DNA from: Hemiscyllium ocellatum
Lineage: Eukaryota
Length of the DNA stretch: 64,000 nucleotides
Direction: 5' to 3'
Assembly (NCBI RefSeq): GCF_020745735.1
Contig: NC_083410.1
Location: 44,366,117 to 44,430,116 of the forward strand
Position numbers and translations under genes: made by a program. Positions 63,466 to 64,000 of this stretch are shown here, piece after piece (position 1 is the first letter of the stretch; each line of letters starts with the position of its first letter). The notes below the pieces were generated by a model, which had not been told where the DNA came from, made no database searches, and worked only from the letters and a program-made list of their open reading frames with translations.

Positions 63466-64000
63466 TTGAGCAGCTGAGCAGGAAAACCCTGAATGATGAG
63501 TGACTAGATTCCTGTCTAATGTACTTACAGCTCCTTGATGATGCTCAAGTGACAGACGTAGCGCTAGACTCACAAGACCGGCGTGGCCCATTCTGGATAG
63601 TAGAAGGTGGGACCCTCTGGCCCTGACTGTTCTGAGCAGCAGCCTAACTGCTCTGGTTTGGTATGAGGTAGCCCTTGACTTGACCCTCTGACTTGACTGA
63701 GGACCACTCTTCTTTGACTTTGAGACATGTCTGCTTGTTTGAAGTACATGCAATGTCTTTGGCATGGAAATGGTTGGCACGTGGTTCTCATTTAACACAT
63801 GCTGCTGTTTGGCACCAGGCCACGACATTGTTGAGCACTCCTCTGGACAGTTGAGGCCATTTTGACTCAGTAAGCAACAGCAGACCACATAGGAATGGTC
63901 TGATATCTTGGCCTCCTCTACTGCTTCTGCAGGAAGAGGACATCTTTCCTCTGCACCACCTCATTCACCAGGACCTCCAGGTATTTGTCTGCAAAGTAGG

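Overview
Eukaryotic (vertebrate) DNA. The repeat complement (HE1-type V-SINEs, several CR1 families, Penelope-like elements, DeuSINE-like remnants) points to a cartilaginous fish, probably a carpet/bamboo shark; this is inferred from recalled repeat families, not a database search. The only host coding sequence I can support is the last coding exon of a GPATCH2-type gene (12587-12756, +, complete G-patch domain), which the ORF track misses because it reads another frame. Bases 1-12586 are therefore its last intron, followed by an AT-rich 3'UTR and about 50 kb of gene desert (in human this side of GPATCH2 is the ESRRG upstream region) containing several repeat-free blocks that look like conserved enhancers. 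Much of the window is transposon-derived: a decayed Gypsy LTR element with a tRNA-Pro PBS, a young CR1 with an 894-codon open ORF2, a near full-length decayed CR1, an L1 3' end, three HE1 SINEs, a Tc1/pogo-type MITE and a multi-level nested insertion stack at 54.7-62.9 kb. The most striking pattern: about ten short (100-200 bp), mostly palindromic Penelope pLTR insertions, most with 12-16 bp TSDs, carry minimal hammerhead-ribozyme cores, and an arm almost always begins at the 5' edge of the CUGANGA core. Repeat boundaries without a TSD are approximate.
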